Shown: one piece after another, positions 1 to 10,410 of the stretch
Layout: the number at the start of each line of letters is the position of its first letter
Position numbering within the stretch: position 1 is the stretch's first letter
Origin: Candidatus Cloacimonadales bacterium
GTDB lineage: Bacteria; Cloacimonadota; Cloacimonadia; Cloacimonadales; JAFGVF01
Direction: 5' to 3'
Assembly (NCBI GenBank): GCA_963677495.2
Contig: CAXXOU010000004.1
Span: forward strand, 128,001-192,000
Length of the DNA stretch: 64,000 nt
Notes under the pieces: generated by a model
Databases searched by the model: none
Told to the model about the DNA's origin: nothing
What the model saw: only the letters and a program-made list of their open reading frames with translations
Made by a program: the position numbers and the translations under genes

Positions 1-3000
1 AATCATCATCAACTACACAATAAACAGAATCACTATTAGATTGACTCATACTGAATCTAGTATTGGCAATAAAACTGTTTCGACTTAAGTAGGGAGGGTT
101 TGCCGGGTTAATTGGATCATTATCTCTATATGCTTTCAAACTTCGGTATTCGGGATATACAGAAGTACTATAGAAACCTTCACTGGTCCAACTCAGACCG
201 GGAGATTTTTCTACAACCCCAATGATTAAATTCTCAGAACCATCGAAGTAAAATGGTTCATCTAGTTCAAAATCAAGCCAGCAATCCTCTGTCGGTCCAT
301 CAAATTGATTATCATAAACTAAAGTTAAACTATCAAGAGGTACAGGTGTATTAGAAGTGTAAAACTCGCTTCTATTGGTTAATCCCATGTATATTGACCA
401 ATTATTACTGTTCACTAATCCCTCAGTTCCATTGTAGTGGTAGGAAACATCATGAATATATCCGTAATAATCAAATTCAGAAGCAGGATAAATATTCTGT
501 GTGTATGAGTAATCGGCACATGGTCTAATCGGATTCTTTGATGTATAGGACTGATTATCTCCTATGACAACAGTACCATAATCTCTCGTTCTAAATGAGC
601 GAATCTGGCAATTTGGAGCATCTCCTTCAGCGTTGTATGAAACAACTTTCCAATAGTATAATGTGTCATAAGCTAGGTTGTTTTGCAACTGATACTCTCT
701 TTCATGACCTACATCAAAGCCATTCAACACAGAGGTTGGTGGGTTGTCTGTACCAACATACAATTTATACCCATCCTGGAAATCCAGGTCATTATCCCAA
801 TAGAAGGTTGGAGTTAAATTAGCTTCAATTGTATTATCTAAAGGATACTCTAAGATTGGAGGATTTGGAAGGTTCCCGTAAGTGTGGAATCTCCAAATCT
901 GGCATGGATCAGCATATCCATTAGCGTTATAGGGAATAATTTGCCAGTAATGCTGAGTTCCCGTTAACAAACCATATAAGTCATAGTTTAAAACATTTCC
1001 GATATCCAACATATAATGAAAATCTGTAGGTGGATTGTCCGTACCTACGCTTAGGTAGTAACCTGTTGCTGCAGGAGCATAGTTCCAGGATAACTCGGCA
1101 GGATTGTGGATGTTTATTGCACCGGACCAAGGATCTTGAACATGTGTCATTATTGGTGGCATATCTGCATCATAAACTGCAACATGATCAAGCCCAACTA
1201 TTGCTGAATAGTGATCTGCTCTTACTCCTTCAAAATCAAATGCTATTGTTTGACCTATGAAATCAGACAAAGGAATTTGTAAATAAATCCATCCCTGGCT
1301 ATCTTCCTCAAGGTTCACAAGTGTGTTTACAATGTTTCCATTTTGTAAAACATTTATTGTAATATAGGAAGTTTCATCACATTCATCAATCCAATAAGCG
1401 AAAGATAGCTCTGGAGCGGTTAATCCTGCTAGATTAAAATATGGTGAGTATAGATGTTTAGGTGAATCATCTGCATCGTGATGTATACTGATAAAATCAT
1501 TTGGATCGCCATATGAATCAGGATCCCACCCGGAGTGGGCTTCATGTAAACACCAACCATCTACTTCCGGACTTGCAGTCCAACCACCTGGCATTTGACT
1601 ATAAGTAAAAGCTTCCTGATATGGATATTCTCCTCCGGCATAATCAATTGCATTACCTATCAACGGTATAGTATATGTCTGATTTAAGTTATCAGTAACT
1701 ACAATGTTCGCTGATATTTGGCCTACTAAAGGTGGATGGAAAGTAATATTGAATTCTGCACCATCAAAGCTCTGCAATACCATTGGATAAGTATTGTTAT
1801 CATCAAGCGCAAAGTTCACAGTGTCATCTAATGTAACCGATTCAATAGTTATATCACTGCTACTAACATTATAAACTCCAGCCAATACCGGTTCGGTAGC
1901 TGTTTGGATATAGGTGTCATGGAAATCAACTAGACTATGTGATTGATATACGAGTGGTGTAGTTGACACAACTTCAGTTATCATTCTAATATTTGGTATG
2001 TTATTGGACAGCTCGGTTGCTACAGGAGGGTTTTGAAGGTTAGTCTCATCCCAATCGTAATAGCAAAGACTTCTCGCTTCACTTGTCGCTGTACAGAAAA
2101 AATCCTGATATGAAGAGTCATAATCAGGTTGATTCTCTGCAACAGCTACAACAAGATTTTCTGTGTTATCGATGAAGAAAGGAGTACTAAGAGGAAACTC
2201 AATCCAACCGTCAGCATGAATTGGTGGCACTCCACCACGATATACTTCTGTTAACTCCGAATAAGGTATCCATGAATCTGTATCTTGAAACTCACTGTTG
2301 GTTGTCTGCCCTAATAGAATAACCCATTCTCTACTCATCTCAAGATCACCACCCTGGTTAAAGTGATAAGCAATATTGGTAATATAATTATGCGATAGAT
2401 TAATCTCATTTTGATGATAAATAGTTTGAGTATAACTATAATCTCTATAAGGTTCAATTGGTAATCGGCAATCTTCTAAATCACCATCACCAATAGTTAT
2501 TATATTCGATTCAAAAGCCGTTTGAAAGTTAAACTCAGAAACACTTGTATTTGTTGTTATAGTGTTATGCGAGACAACTTTCCAATAATAGTAAGTTCCT
2601 GATATTAAATTTGTTAAATTTATTGCTGCACTATCCCCGGCTATTGCTCCATCTACAACTTGGGTAGTTGGTGGATTAACAATATCGAAATATAAATCAT
2701 ATGTCTCAGTATTCTCACCAAAATCCCAACTTAAAGTAAAATCTGTTGGAATGTTGTAAGAACCAATTGCAGGGTAGGCATTATAAACAGGCATTGGAGC
2801 ATCTAAATCAACTATAGAACCTGAATAATCAGAAGTAATATCAATAACGTATTCTCCAGAGCCCCCGCAACCCTCAACAACGATATAGTATATATGGTTT
2901 GCATCCAAGGTCAGATCCATTAACGCAGAGCAGAACGATCCACCGTAATCATCATTTGAAAGTAACATAGTTATGGCATCCGAATCATAAAGTCTTAGAT

Positions 3001-3244
3001 ATGTGTCATAGCTTGAATTCATAAGACTGATATCGACATTTGTTAATGGAACTAATGAATTTAAAACATAGATTGCATCAGGGGTTGCGTTCCCGGTAGT
3101 ATTGGTTAACAACGATGTGTCACCGGAATCTGTATAGGGAAGATATTGAATAAGAGCAGCGGAAGTAAAGTCATCACCTCCGACTCCCAATAGGTTCCCT
3201 ATAAAGATTGTGACTAAAATCAATAGACAGTAGTTTCTCCTCAT
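1..3244 (-). CDS. Large secreted multidomain surface protein (FN3-like and repeated beta-sandwich domains), truncated at the window edge
   Basis: Missing from the ORF track. ATG at 3244 follows GGAG and reads MRRNYCLLILVTIFIGNLLG (signal peptide). The same frame reads as protein at the window start (..DSVYCVVDDD). An IGD..xPIxP..xYSYTQxIY module occurs twice, and there are FN3-like YxWxVV/YWQII motifs. I did not check every codon. Confidence 0.8.
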   Translation of the reverse strand, partial: MRRNYCLLILVTIFIGNLLGVGGDDFTSAALIQYLPYTDSGDTSLLTNTTGNATPDAIYVLNSLVPLTNVDISLMNSSYDTYLRLYDSDAITMLLSNDDYGGSFCSALMDLTLDANHIYYIVVEGCGGSGEYVIDITSDYSGSIVDLDAPMPVYNAYPAIGSYNIPTDFTLSWDFGENTETYDLYFDIVNPPTTQVVDGAIAGDSAAINLTNLISGTYYYWKVVSHNTITTNTSVSEFNFQTAFESNIITIGDGDLEDCRLPIEPYRDYSYTQTIYHQNEINLSHNYITNIAYHFNQGGDLEMSREWVILLGQTTNSEFQDTDSWIPYSELTEVYRGGVPPIHADGWIEFPLSTPFFIDNTENLVVAVAENQPDYDSSYQDFFCTATSEARSLCYYDWDETNLQNPPVATELSNNIPNIRMITEVVSTTPLVYQSHSLVDFHDTYIQTATEPVLAGVYNVSSSDITIESVTLDDTVNFALDDNNTYPMVLQSFDGAEFNITFHPPLVGQISANIVVTDNLNQTYTIPLIGNAIDYAGGEYPYQEAFTYSQMPGGWTASPEVDGWCLHEAHSGWDPDSYGDPNDFISIHHDADDSPKHLYSPYFNLAGLTAPELSFAYWIDECDETSYITINVLQNGNIVNTLVNLEEDSQGWIYLQIPLSDFIGQTIAFDFEGVRADHYSAIVGLDHVAVYDADMPPIMTHVQDPWSGAINIHNPAELSWNYAPAATGYYLSVGTDNPPTDFHYMLDIGNVLNYDLYGLLTGTQHYWQIIPYNANGYADPCQIWRFHTYGNLPNPPILEYPLDNTIEANLTPTFYWDNDLDFQDGYKLYVGTDNPPTSVLNGFDVGHEREYQLQNNLAYDTLYYWKVVSYNAEGDAPNCQIRSFRTRDYGTVVIGDNQSYTSKNPIRPCADYSYTQNIYPASEFDYYGYIHDVSYHYNGTEGLVNSNNWSIYMGLTNRSEFYTSNTPVPLDSLTLVYDNQFDGPTEDCWLDFELDEPFYFDGSENLIIGVVEKSPGLSWTSEGFYSTSVYPEYRSLKAYRDNDPINPANPPYLSRNSFIANTRFSMSQSNSDSVYCVVDDD

Positions 3245-3395
3245 AGTACATCTCCTTTCTAGAATGGTTAGACAAGTTTATCGCAACTTATATATAACTA
3301 CATGATAAACCTAATGATAACTTATACAAAAATGAAGAGAAGAAGTTCCATTGTCAATGTAATAATTGTTTGCTAAAAGATTTATGAATAGAATA

Positions 3396-3433
3396 ATGAT
3401 GTGAGTGCCACTATTTACTAGCACTCACATCAT
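3396..3433. terminator. Hairpin downstream of lon, probable terminator
   Basis: Perfect 13-bp inverted repeat atgatgtgagtgc...gcactcacatcat. Confidence 0.6.
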
Positions 3434-3475
3434 ATATTATTTTTTCTTAATCTAAATATCTAATTCACTTATTTG

Positions 3476-5860
3476 TTAGACAGTAATCGCTATATCAAGT
3501 ACTTCCTTAAAGTAATCTACAAAATGTACTGTAACACCCTCTTTGATGTAATCCTGAAGCTCCTCAAAGTCATTTTGGTTGTCTTTTGGGAAGATCAGCT
3601 CATTAATTCCAACTCGCTTAGCTGCTATAGTTTTTTCTCGAACTCCACCAATTGGTAATACTTTACCTGTCAGCGTTAGTTCTCCTGTCATTGCTAAGCC
3701 TTTTCTTATAGGCTTCTTATGGATCAAGGAGTAGAGAGCCAATGCCATTGTTATTCCTGCTGACGGTCCATCTTTTGGTGTTGCTCCGGCGGGAACATGG
3801 ATATGAATATAGTTCTCATTATAGTAGTCACAAACCTCTTTATCGTTGCAGATGATAGACCGTATATAAGAATAGGCAATTTCTGAAGATTCTTTCATTA
3901 CGTTTCCAAGTTGTCCTGTTTGCTTGAAACCACCACCTTTTCTCATAAATGATGAAGCTTCAATGTATAGGGTTGAGCCACCATAAGGTGTCCATGCCAA
4001 ACCGAGTACAACACCCGGTATCTGTCTCTTGTAAAGATGTTCCGGACTGAATAAAGGTTTGCCTAAGAACTCTTGCACATTCTTCACACTAACTGAGAAT
4101 GAATCACCTTTTCCTTCTGCCATTCTGAGGGTTACTTGTCTCATAATCTTCTTAATCTGTTGCTCAAGATATCTTACACCTGCATCACGAGAGTAATCTT
4201 CAATGATCTTCTCAAGACCTTTATCAGTAATTTTGACTTCAGAAGCTTTCAATCCATGCTCTTTACGATGTCTTGGTATCAGGTATTGCTTTGCAATCTC
4301 CTTTTTCTCGCGCATCACGTAACCTGGGACAGAGACAATCTCCATCCTATCTCTAAGTGGTCCCGGGATAGTATCTAATTGATTTGCAGTAGTAACAAAA
4401 AGAACCTTTGAAAGGTCATATCTAACATCAAGATAGTGATCTAAGAAATCCTTGTTTTGCTCAGGGTCTAAAACTTCTAACAAGGCTGATGCGGGGTCTC
4501 CTTGAAAGCTCTTGCCCAGTTTATCAATCTCATCAAGCATAATAACAGGATTAGAAGTTCCAGTACGCTTAAGACTCTCGATTATCTTACCCGGGAGTGC
4601 TCCAATATAGGTTCTGCGATGGCCTTTAATCTCTGCTTCGTCTCGCATCCCACCCAAGCTAAATCTATAGAACTTTCTATTAAGGGCATGTGCTATTGAC
4701 TTTCCAACTGAGGTTTTACCTACACCCGGAGGACCAACAAAGCAAAGTATTGTACCACTGAGATTTCCACTCTTAATGATTGTTGAAATATACTCTAAAA
4801 TAATCTTCTTCACATCCTGAAGTCCAAAATGATCTTGATCCAGTATCTTGCGAGCTTTTGCTAAATCAAGATTGTCTTTAGAGTATATACCCCAAGGTAG
4901 CTCTGTTAGCTGATTTAGGTAGTTTTGAGTAACAGTATATTCCGGGCCACCGGGTTGCATTATCTTAAGTTTATTTATCTCTCTTTCAATTACTTCACGT
5001 ACTTCATCAGTAAGTTTCAGTTTCTTGACTCGTTTTTCAAGCTTCTCTATCTCAGCAGTTGTATCGTCAACTTCCATACCAAGTTCTTTCTTAATCACTT
5101 TAAGCTGTTCACGTAAAAAGAACTCACGTTGTTGCTTAGACATCTTTTCTTCAATTTGTTTTTCAATTTCCTGCTGTATTTTTCCTACTTCTATCTCTTT
5201 GCGAATAAGGATGAGAAGCTTCTTAGCACGTTCCATAATATCTATCGACTCAAGTAAATCCTGCATCTCATAAGTTTCACTTTGGATTATGTTAGAGACC
5301 ATGTCAATAAACATGGAAGGTTTATCATACGACACTTGTGTAAAAAGCATTTTTATCTGTTGTTGAACTACCGGATTGATGTTCAATAACTCCTTAATAC
5401 TATTCATTATCTCTAAAAGATATGCTTTAATCTCCGGAGTAACCTTCGGTTCTTTCTGATTAAGATATACTACTTCCCACTTGAGGAAAGGATCCATTTC
5501 TATTTGCTTAACTCTTTTAAATCTTTTCAAACCTTGAGCAATAATCTGAATAGAGTCATTTTCTAAATGTATTACTTTATAGATTTTTATTACAGTTCCA
5601 ATGCTATAGAGATCTTCCTCGTCAAGTTCTCCTTCAGCTGTCTGTTTCAAAAATACTGCACCAAGTAGTTTCTCCTCACTTTCCCATGTTTGCTCAATCA
5701 ACTCTGTGTAGAATGAACCGGAAAATGTAATTGGGATCATTAAACCCGGGAAAATCGGTCTTTGAATCAAAGGAATAATATTAAGCTCAGGAGGAAATAT
5801 CTCCATCGCGAGGATAAGACCTTCTTCAATCTCTTTTTGTCTTCTTTCTTTTTCGTCCAT
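3476..5860 (-). CDS. lon: ATP-dependent Lon protease (LonA)
   Basis: Walker A GPPGVGKT, RRTYIGALPG, catalytic DGPSAG and GGVREK. Start placed at 5860 after GAGGGAG; the ORF extends to 5875. Confidence 0.97.
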   Translation of the reverse strand: MDEKERRQKEIEEGLILAMEIFPPELNIIPLIQRPIFPGLMIPITFSGSFYTELIEQTWESEEKLLGAVFLKQTAEGELDEEDLYSIGTVIKIYKVIHLENDSIQIIAQGLKRFKRVKQIEMDPFLKWEVVYLNQKEPKVTPEIKAYLLEIMNSIKELLNINPVVQQQIKMLFTQVSYDKPSMFIDMVSNIIQSETYEMQDLLESIDIMERAKKLLILIRKEIEVGKIQQEIEKQIEEKMSKQQREFFLREQLKVIKKELGMEVDDTTAEIEKLEKRVKKLKLTDEVREVIEREINKLKIMQPGGPEYTVTQNYLNQLTELPWGIYSKDNLDLAKARKILDQDHFGLQDVKKIILEYISTIIKSGNLSGTILCFVGPPGVGKTSVGKSIAHALNRKFYRFSLGGMRDEAEIKGHRRTYIGALPGKIIESLKRTGTSNPVIMLDEIDKLGKSFQGDPASALLEVLDPEQNKDFLDHYLDVRYDLSKVLFVTTANQLDTIPGPLRDRMEIVSVPGYVMREKKEIAKQYLIPRHRKEHGLKASEVKITDKGLEKIIEDYSRDAGVRYLEQQIKKIMRQVTLRMAEGKGDSFSVSVKNVQEFLGKPLFSPEHLYKRQIPGVVLGLAWTPYGGSTLYIEASSFMRKGGGFKQTGQLGNVMKESSEIAYSYIRSIICNDKEVCDYYNENYIHIHVPAGATPKDGPSAGITMALALYSLIHKKPIRKGLAMTGELTLTGKVLPIGGVREKTIAAKRVGINELIFPKDNQNDFEELQDYIKEGVTVHFVDYFKEVLDIAITV

Positions 5861-6088
5861 AATTTGCTCCCTCATTTCTACTAAAACAAAGTATGTTTCC
5901 TGTATAAAATATGTTTCTATTTCTATTGTGCAAACAAAATATATATAATTCTGGATTTAACCGACTGTGTCGGTTTGTCTTATTATGTTTAGTTAAATTA
6001 GCATGTAAAAAACTAGTTCATTCCAGCAACTTTCTTTTCTAGTGAGATAGGTATCTATGCAGTTGATGCCACCCATTAGACAAAACGC

Positions 6089-6314
6089 AGTCATCCCACT
6101 GTTTTCCCACTGTGCACGCACTGTGAACCCACTGAAACAGTGGGTTGGCAGTGCCTTCACAGTGCGTGCACAGTGCAAACGCAGTGCGTTGGAAGATAGA
6201 GCAGTAAAAGTGAGAAAAAAGGACAATAAATATAGCTAAATTGTTGCAAAACACGCTGTGTATGTGATTCTTAAGCTGTCACCATTACGACCATCGGGAG
6301 TTCGGGGAAATGCG
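6089..6314 (+). repeat. Dispersed ~226-bp intergenic repeat A, copy 1 (11-bp phased CACTG/CAGTG array plus 37-bp module)
   Basis: Reverse-complement homologue at 36524-36749. Confidence 0.9.
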
Positions 6315-6479
6315 ACTTCGAAGTATAATTCCATTTCCCCAAGCTCCTTCCAGTCACACAGGTGACTGGAATTAGAAGTAAGTTATTGTAAATATCACTG
6401 CGTATCTTCTTTCAAAAGTAACTAACTTTTGCTTTACAGCATTCATCAATTTGTTTGGTTTAGCAGAGAGGAATTATTT

Positions 6480-6941
6480 ATGGATAAGAAGATAAGAAAT
6501 TCAATAAAAGCGATAATAATCAGAGATAATAGATTACTCACAATCAAATGTGAAGATGAAATGGGAACGTTTTACCTTTTACCTGGTGGGGGACAGGAGA
6601 AATATGAACTGATGCCTGATGCACTTAAGCGTGAATGTATTGAAGAGGTTGGAGTTGATGTTGAACCGGGGAGACTAATGTTTATTCGAGAATACTTATC
6701 GGATAACCATGAGTTTGCTGAATATGACAATCACGTTCATCAGATTGAATTTATGTTTGAAACAACAATAATCGGTGATGCAGAACCAACAATGGGAGAA
6801 CATGGAGATCCTTATCAGGTAGGCATCGAATGGCTGGAACTTGATAATTTGATGGATTATAGACTCTATCCTCAAACGCTTAGAGATAAGCTGATGAACA
6901 GCAAATATGATGGTCCTATCTATTTAGGAGATATTAACTGA
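6480..6941 (+). CDS. NUDIX hydrolase
   Basis: Nudix box GGGQEKYELMPDALKRECIEEVG; ATG after GAGG. Confidence 0.9.
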   Translation: MDKKIRNSIKAIIIRDNRLLTIKCEDEMGTFYLLPGGGQEKYELMPDALKRECIEEVGVDVEPGRLMFIREYLSDNHEFAEYDNHVHQIEFMFETTIIGDAEPTMGEHGDPYQVGIEWLELDNLMDYRLYPQTLRDKLMNSKYDGPIYLGDIN

Positions 6942-7789
6942 TGAGCAAAATCGTAATAATATTTGTGATGTTCTTAATCTCATTATCTCTTGTTGCAACT
7001 GAAATAGTAGAGCTGGAAGGTGACTTCATTGAAAGTGGTTTAATACTCGGAACCTTAAAACAGGAAGTGGAATCTGTAAGGTTTAACGGAAGAGAATTAA
7101 AGGTGGATAGAGATAAGTTTGCCTTTGGATTTGGGTTATCAAAAAGTAGGAATGGGACTCTTGTCATCAAACTGGATGATCAAAACAGGTTGCAGATAAA
7201 TCTTCCTGTAGTAGCCTATGATTCAGGACAAATAGACTCAATAACTGTAACGCCTGAGATGATTAATCCTCCCAGAACAGAGGAAGTTAAAAAGCGTTTA
7301 GAACGTGAATATCATGCAAAAGTAAGCACACGGAAAGCATTAGCAGAAACAGCAACACAATACTTTAATGAGTTCCAGAGACCTGTATATACTGGACGTA
7401 TTTCCACAAAGTTTGGTGCTAAACGAGTTTATAATGGTACTAAAGAAAGTATCCATTCCGGTACTGACATTGCGAAAGGACAAGGGGCTAACGTAAGAGC
7501 TATGGCTAATGGCGTTGTGAAAATGGTAGATGATTTCTATTTTAGTGGTAATTTTATCTTCATTGATCATGGTTTGGGATTGAGCTCTGAATACTTTCAT
7601 TTAAGTAAAACCAAGGTCAAAGAGGGGCAGAAGATAGAGCGTAATCAGGTTATTGGTGAAGTTGGCTCAACCGGTAGATCAACAGGACCTCATCTTCACT
7701 GGCAGACATATTGGTTCACTAATAAACTCAACCCAATGTTCTTGATTGATGATGAAACTGAGAAGAGAATGTATGGTTGGGTAGAGTAA
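6941..7789 (+). CDS. M23 family metallopeptidase
   Basis: HSGTD and HLH zinc motifs, GRSTGPHLHW, signal peptide. Confidence 0.92.
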   Translation: MSKIVIIFVMFLISLSLVATEIVELEGDFIESGLILGTLKQEVESVRFNGRELKVDRDKFAFGFGLSKSRNGTLVIKLDDQNRLQINLPVVAYDSGQIDSITVTPEMINPPRTEEVKKRLEREYHAKVSTRKALAETATQYFNEFQRPVYTGRISTKFGAKRVYNGTKESIHSGTDIAKGQGANVRAMANGVVKMVDDFYFSGNFIFIDHGLGLSSEYFHLSKTKVKEGQKIERNQVIGEVGSTGRSTGPHLHWQTYWFTNKLNPMFLIDDETEKRMYGWVE

Positions 7790-7796
7790 TGTGAAT

Positions 7797-8178
7797 CGAT
7801 TAGCCTTGATCGGATTGAAAGTATTGCATGAGTCCTCTCTTGCACATAGCTTGATAAAGCTATTAATACTCCATTTTGTTAAGTTGTAAATACAGTTTAA
7901 ATATTTCCACGCTAATTCCAGTCAGTGGCAATTGCCGACTTTGTCGGCACAGCAACTCAGGAGAGTCGCAGTACAAACCGATTAGCCTTGATCGGATTGA
8001 AAGTATTGCATGAGTCCTCTCTTGCACATAGCTTGATAAAGCTATTAATACTCCATTTTGTTAAGTTGTAAATACAGTTTAAATATTTCCACGCTAATTC
8101 CAGTCAGTGGCAATTGCCGACTTTGTCGGCACAGCATCTCAGGAGAGTCGCAGTACAAACCGATTAGCCTTGATCGGA
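7797..8178. repeat. Tandem repeat, 182-bp unit x2 plus 18 bp, made of REP-like hairpins
   Basis: cgattagccttgatcgga starts at 7797, 7979 and 8161. The units are nearly identical and share modules with 27962-28212. Confidence 0.92.
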
Positions 8179-8182
8179 ATAT

Positions 8183-8210
8183 AAAAAAAGCCTACTCGAA
8201 AGTAGGCTTT
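8183..8210 (-). terminator. Rho-independent terminator after rpmA
   Basis: aagcctact-cgaa-agtaggctt hairpin with an A7 run (U-tract on the minus strand). Confidence 0.8.
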
Positions 8211-8231
8211 AAAATCTATTGAGTCGAAAGT

Positions 8232-8483
8232 TTAAGCGTAAACGCTGATATACTTTCTACCTTTAGCTTTAGTCTCAAACTTAACATTACCTTCGATAAG
8301 ACTGAAGATAGTGTGATCTTTACCCATGCCAACGTTGTTGCCAGGATGGAATTTAGTTCCACGCTGACGTACGATGATGTTACCGGCTTTAACTAACTCG
8401 CCACCATACTTCTTAACACCCAAATATTGAGGGTTACTGTCGCGACCGTTTTTACTACTTCCAACACCTTTCTTATGTGCCAT
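8232..8483 (-). CDS. rpmA: 50S ribosomal protein L27
   Basis: [16 protein letters not shown]...IIVRQRGT. Confidence 0.98.
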   Translation of the reverse strand: MAHKKGVGSSKNGRDSNPQYLGVKKYGGELVKAGNIIVRQRGTKFHPGNNVGMGKDHTIFSLIEGNVKFETKAKGRKYISVYA

Positions 8484-8498
8484 GTACTAAATCCTCTT

Positions 8499-8828
8499 TT
8501 ATGCTTTTATGCTTTCGATTCTAAGAAGAGTGAATTTCTGTTTGTGACCTCTTTTTTTACGGTAGCCACCTCTTCTTTTCTTCTTGAAAACGATTATTTT
8601 CTTTTCCCTGTACTTAAGATCTTCAGGGTCTGATATAACTTCGGCGATGATTTTCACATCGGAGACAACGGGGGTACCAATCTTGATATCATCATCTGTT
8701 CTAAGCATAAGAACATCGTTGATTTCAATCTTCTCGCCCTGTTTCTTCTCAGCGAGATAGGGTACTTTCACCACAGCGTTGTTTTCTACTTTGAGCTGTG
8801 TACCTCTAAATTCAACAATAGCGTACAT
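8499..8828 (-). CDS. rplU: 50S ribosomal protein L21
   Basis: MYAIV...KIIVFKKKRR..YRKKRGHKQ, directly upstream of rpmA. Confidence 0.96.
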   Translation of the reverse strand: MYAIVEFRGTQLKVENNAVVKVPYLAEKKQGEKIEINDVLMLRTDDDIKIGTPVVSDVKIIAEVISDPEDLKYREKKIIVFKKKRRGGYRKKRGHKQKFTLLRIESIKA

Positions 8829-8894
8829 CTATTTCTCCTTAATTATTAAACCATGTAATGATTTTTGACAATAAATTTGGGACAGGCTCTCATG

Positions 8895-10400
8895 TCAAGC
8901 ATTATATTCTTCAGTGATTTCCGCTCCATCTGATGGTCTGAATACCTTGAATTGGTCTGGTCTTAACATATCATCAGTCTCGAAATCTACTCTTAGGCTA
9001 TAGCTTCTGAGTGCACTTGGATTATCTAGTAAATACTTTCTCACATTGGAATGTACTTTTATTTTAATTCTTTCATTTGCCATAAAGTATTCAGCACGAC
9101 TTACCCAGCGATTAATTCTCATCATAACTGCGTCACGTGACACTATCCTACCCGTACCAAAACATTGTGGACATTGCTCAGAATAGCTGTTTAGCAATGA
9201 GTTTCTAACCCGTTTACGGGTAATCTGAACCAGACCAAGCGGACCAAAAGGATAGACCTTTGTTTTAGCTCTGTCTTTTTTGAGTTCACGTTTTAAGGTG
9301 CTCATCACTTCTTCTCTGCTCTTATCTTCGCGCATATCGATGAAATCTACTACAACGATACCACTCAAATCACGCAATCTAAGCTGTCTGGCTATCTCAC
9401 GAGCTGATTCTATGTTAGTCTTCTTTACTGTCTGTTCGTAATTAGACTTACCTGTGAAACTACCGGTGTTGATATCAATAACAACCATAGCCTCAGTTTG
9501 CTCAATGACGATGTTCCCACCACTCGGCAGGTAGCTTTTTGACTGGAAAATAGACTCTATCTTCTTCTCAATACCATAAGCATCGAAGATGGGGGAGTCC
9601 TCTTTATAATGCTCTATTCTCTCGGCCAGGTCGGGTGAAACATCGCTAAGCTGACTCTTTATGTTTTTTACAAAGTTCTTATCATCAATAACAAGGTGAT
9701 CGACCTTAGCACTGAATAAATCTCTGATGAGGACATTTGCTAAATCATTCTCTTCGAATACACAAAGAGGTGGCTTTGCATGCTTAATTTGCTTTTCAAT
9801 TAAACGCCATGTTTTACTCATAGCTTTATATTCAGCTTCAAACTCCTCTTTAGAGCAGTCTGTACCCTCTGTACGAACAATAAGACCTACATTCTTATCC
9901 TTAACACCTTTAAGTATGTTCCTGATTCGATTGCGCTCATTCTGATTTGTAATCTTCCTGGATATTGCTATCTTTCGCTGGTTTGGAAAGAAGACAAGGA
10001 ACTTACCGGGTAATGATATACGTCCGGTCAATCTAGCGCCCTTTTTATTGATTGGACCCTTCTGAACTTGCACAATAATCTCTTGTCCCGGTTTAAGTAC
10101 CTCACCAATCTTAGAGGAGTCATGGTCTCTTTTTAATTTGTCCGGAATACCTTTATCAAAATATTCCAGGAAATCACCAACAATATCAGAATAATGCAGG
10201 AAAGCTGTTCTATCAAGGCCTATATCAATGAATGCAGCACCCATTCCCGGTAATACATCTTTTACAGTGCCTTTGTAGATGTTATTTACAACATTCTCTT
10301 TATCCTTCTTTTCAACAATCATCTCAACGAGTTTGTTGTTTTCAAGGACTGCCAGACGCTTCTCAAGAGGGTGTACGTTTACTATAATCTCATTTCTCAT
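8895..10400 (-). CDS. rng: Rne/Rng family ribonuclease (RNase G-like)
   Basis: S1 domain NIYKGTV..VLPGMGAAFIDIG, catalytic DINTG and VDFID, CPQC.G.G zinc link. Confidence 0.93.
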   Translation of the reverse strand: MRNEIIVNVHPLEKRLAVLENNKLVEMIVEKKDKENVVNNIYKGTVKDVLPGMGAAFIDIGLDRTAFLHYSDIVGDFLEYFDKGIPDKLKRDHDSSKIGEVLKPGQEIIVQVQKGPINKKGARLTGRISLPGKFLVFFPNQRKIAISRKITNQNERNRIRNILKGVKDKNVGLIVRTEGTDCSKEEFEAEYKAMSKTWRLIEKQIKHAKPPLCVFEENDLANVLIRDLFSAKVDHLVIDDKNFVKNIKSQLSDVSPDLAERIEHYKEDSPIFDAYGIEKKIESIFQSKSYLPSGGNIVIEQTEAMVVIDINTGSFTGKSNYEQTVKKTNIESAREIARQLRLRDLSGIVVVDFIDMREDKSREEVMSTLKRELKKDRAKTKVYPFGPLGLVQITRKRVRNSLLNSYSEQCPQCFGTGRIVSRDAVMMRINRWVSRAEYFMANERIKIKVHSNVRKYLLDNPSALRSYSLRVDFETDDMLRPDQFKVFRPSDGAEITEEYNA

Positions 10401-10410
10401 TATTACCCTC

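Noticed and set aside
595..1260. Plus-strand ORFs of 75-76 aa and other antisense ORFs within long genes
   Set aside because: They are shadow ORFs opposite well-supported minus-strand genes
6098..6190. CACAGTG matches the V(D)J RSS heptamer / Transib end
   Set aside because: There is no nonamer at 12/23 spacing and no RAG-like transposase. The cores belong to an 11-bp periodic array.
5993..6254. Short ORFs (60-78 aa) over repeat regions, also at 27622-28619, 50968-51198 and 56837-57046
   Set aside because: They arise from repeat or palindromic DNA or overlap real genes, and have no RBS or protein-like composition
7797..8178. CRISPR array
   Set aside because: Whole 182-bp units are duplicated, there are no unique spacers, and no cas genes are present
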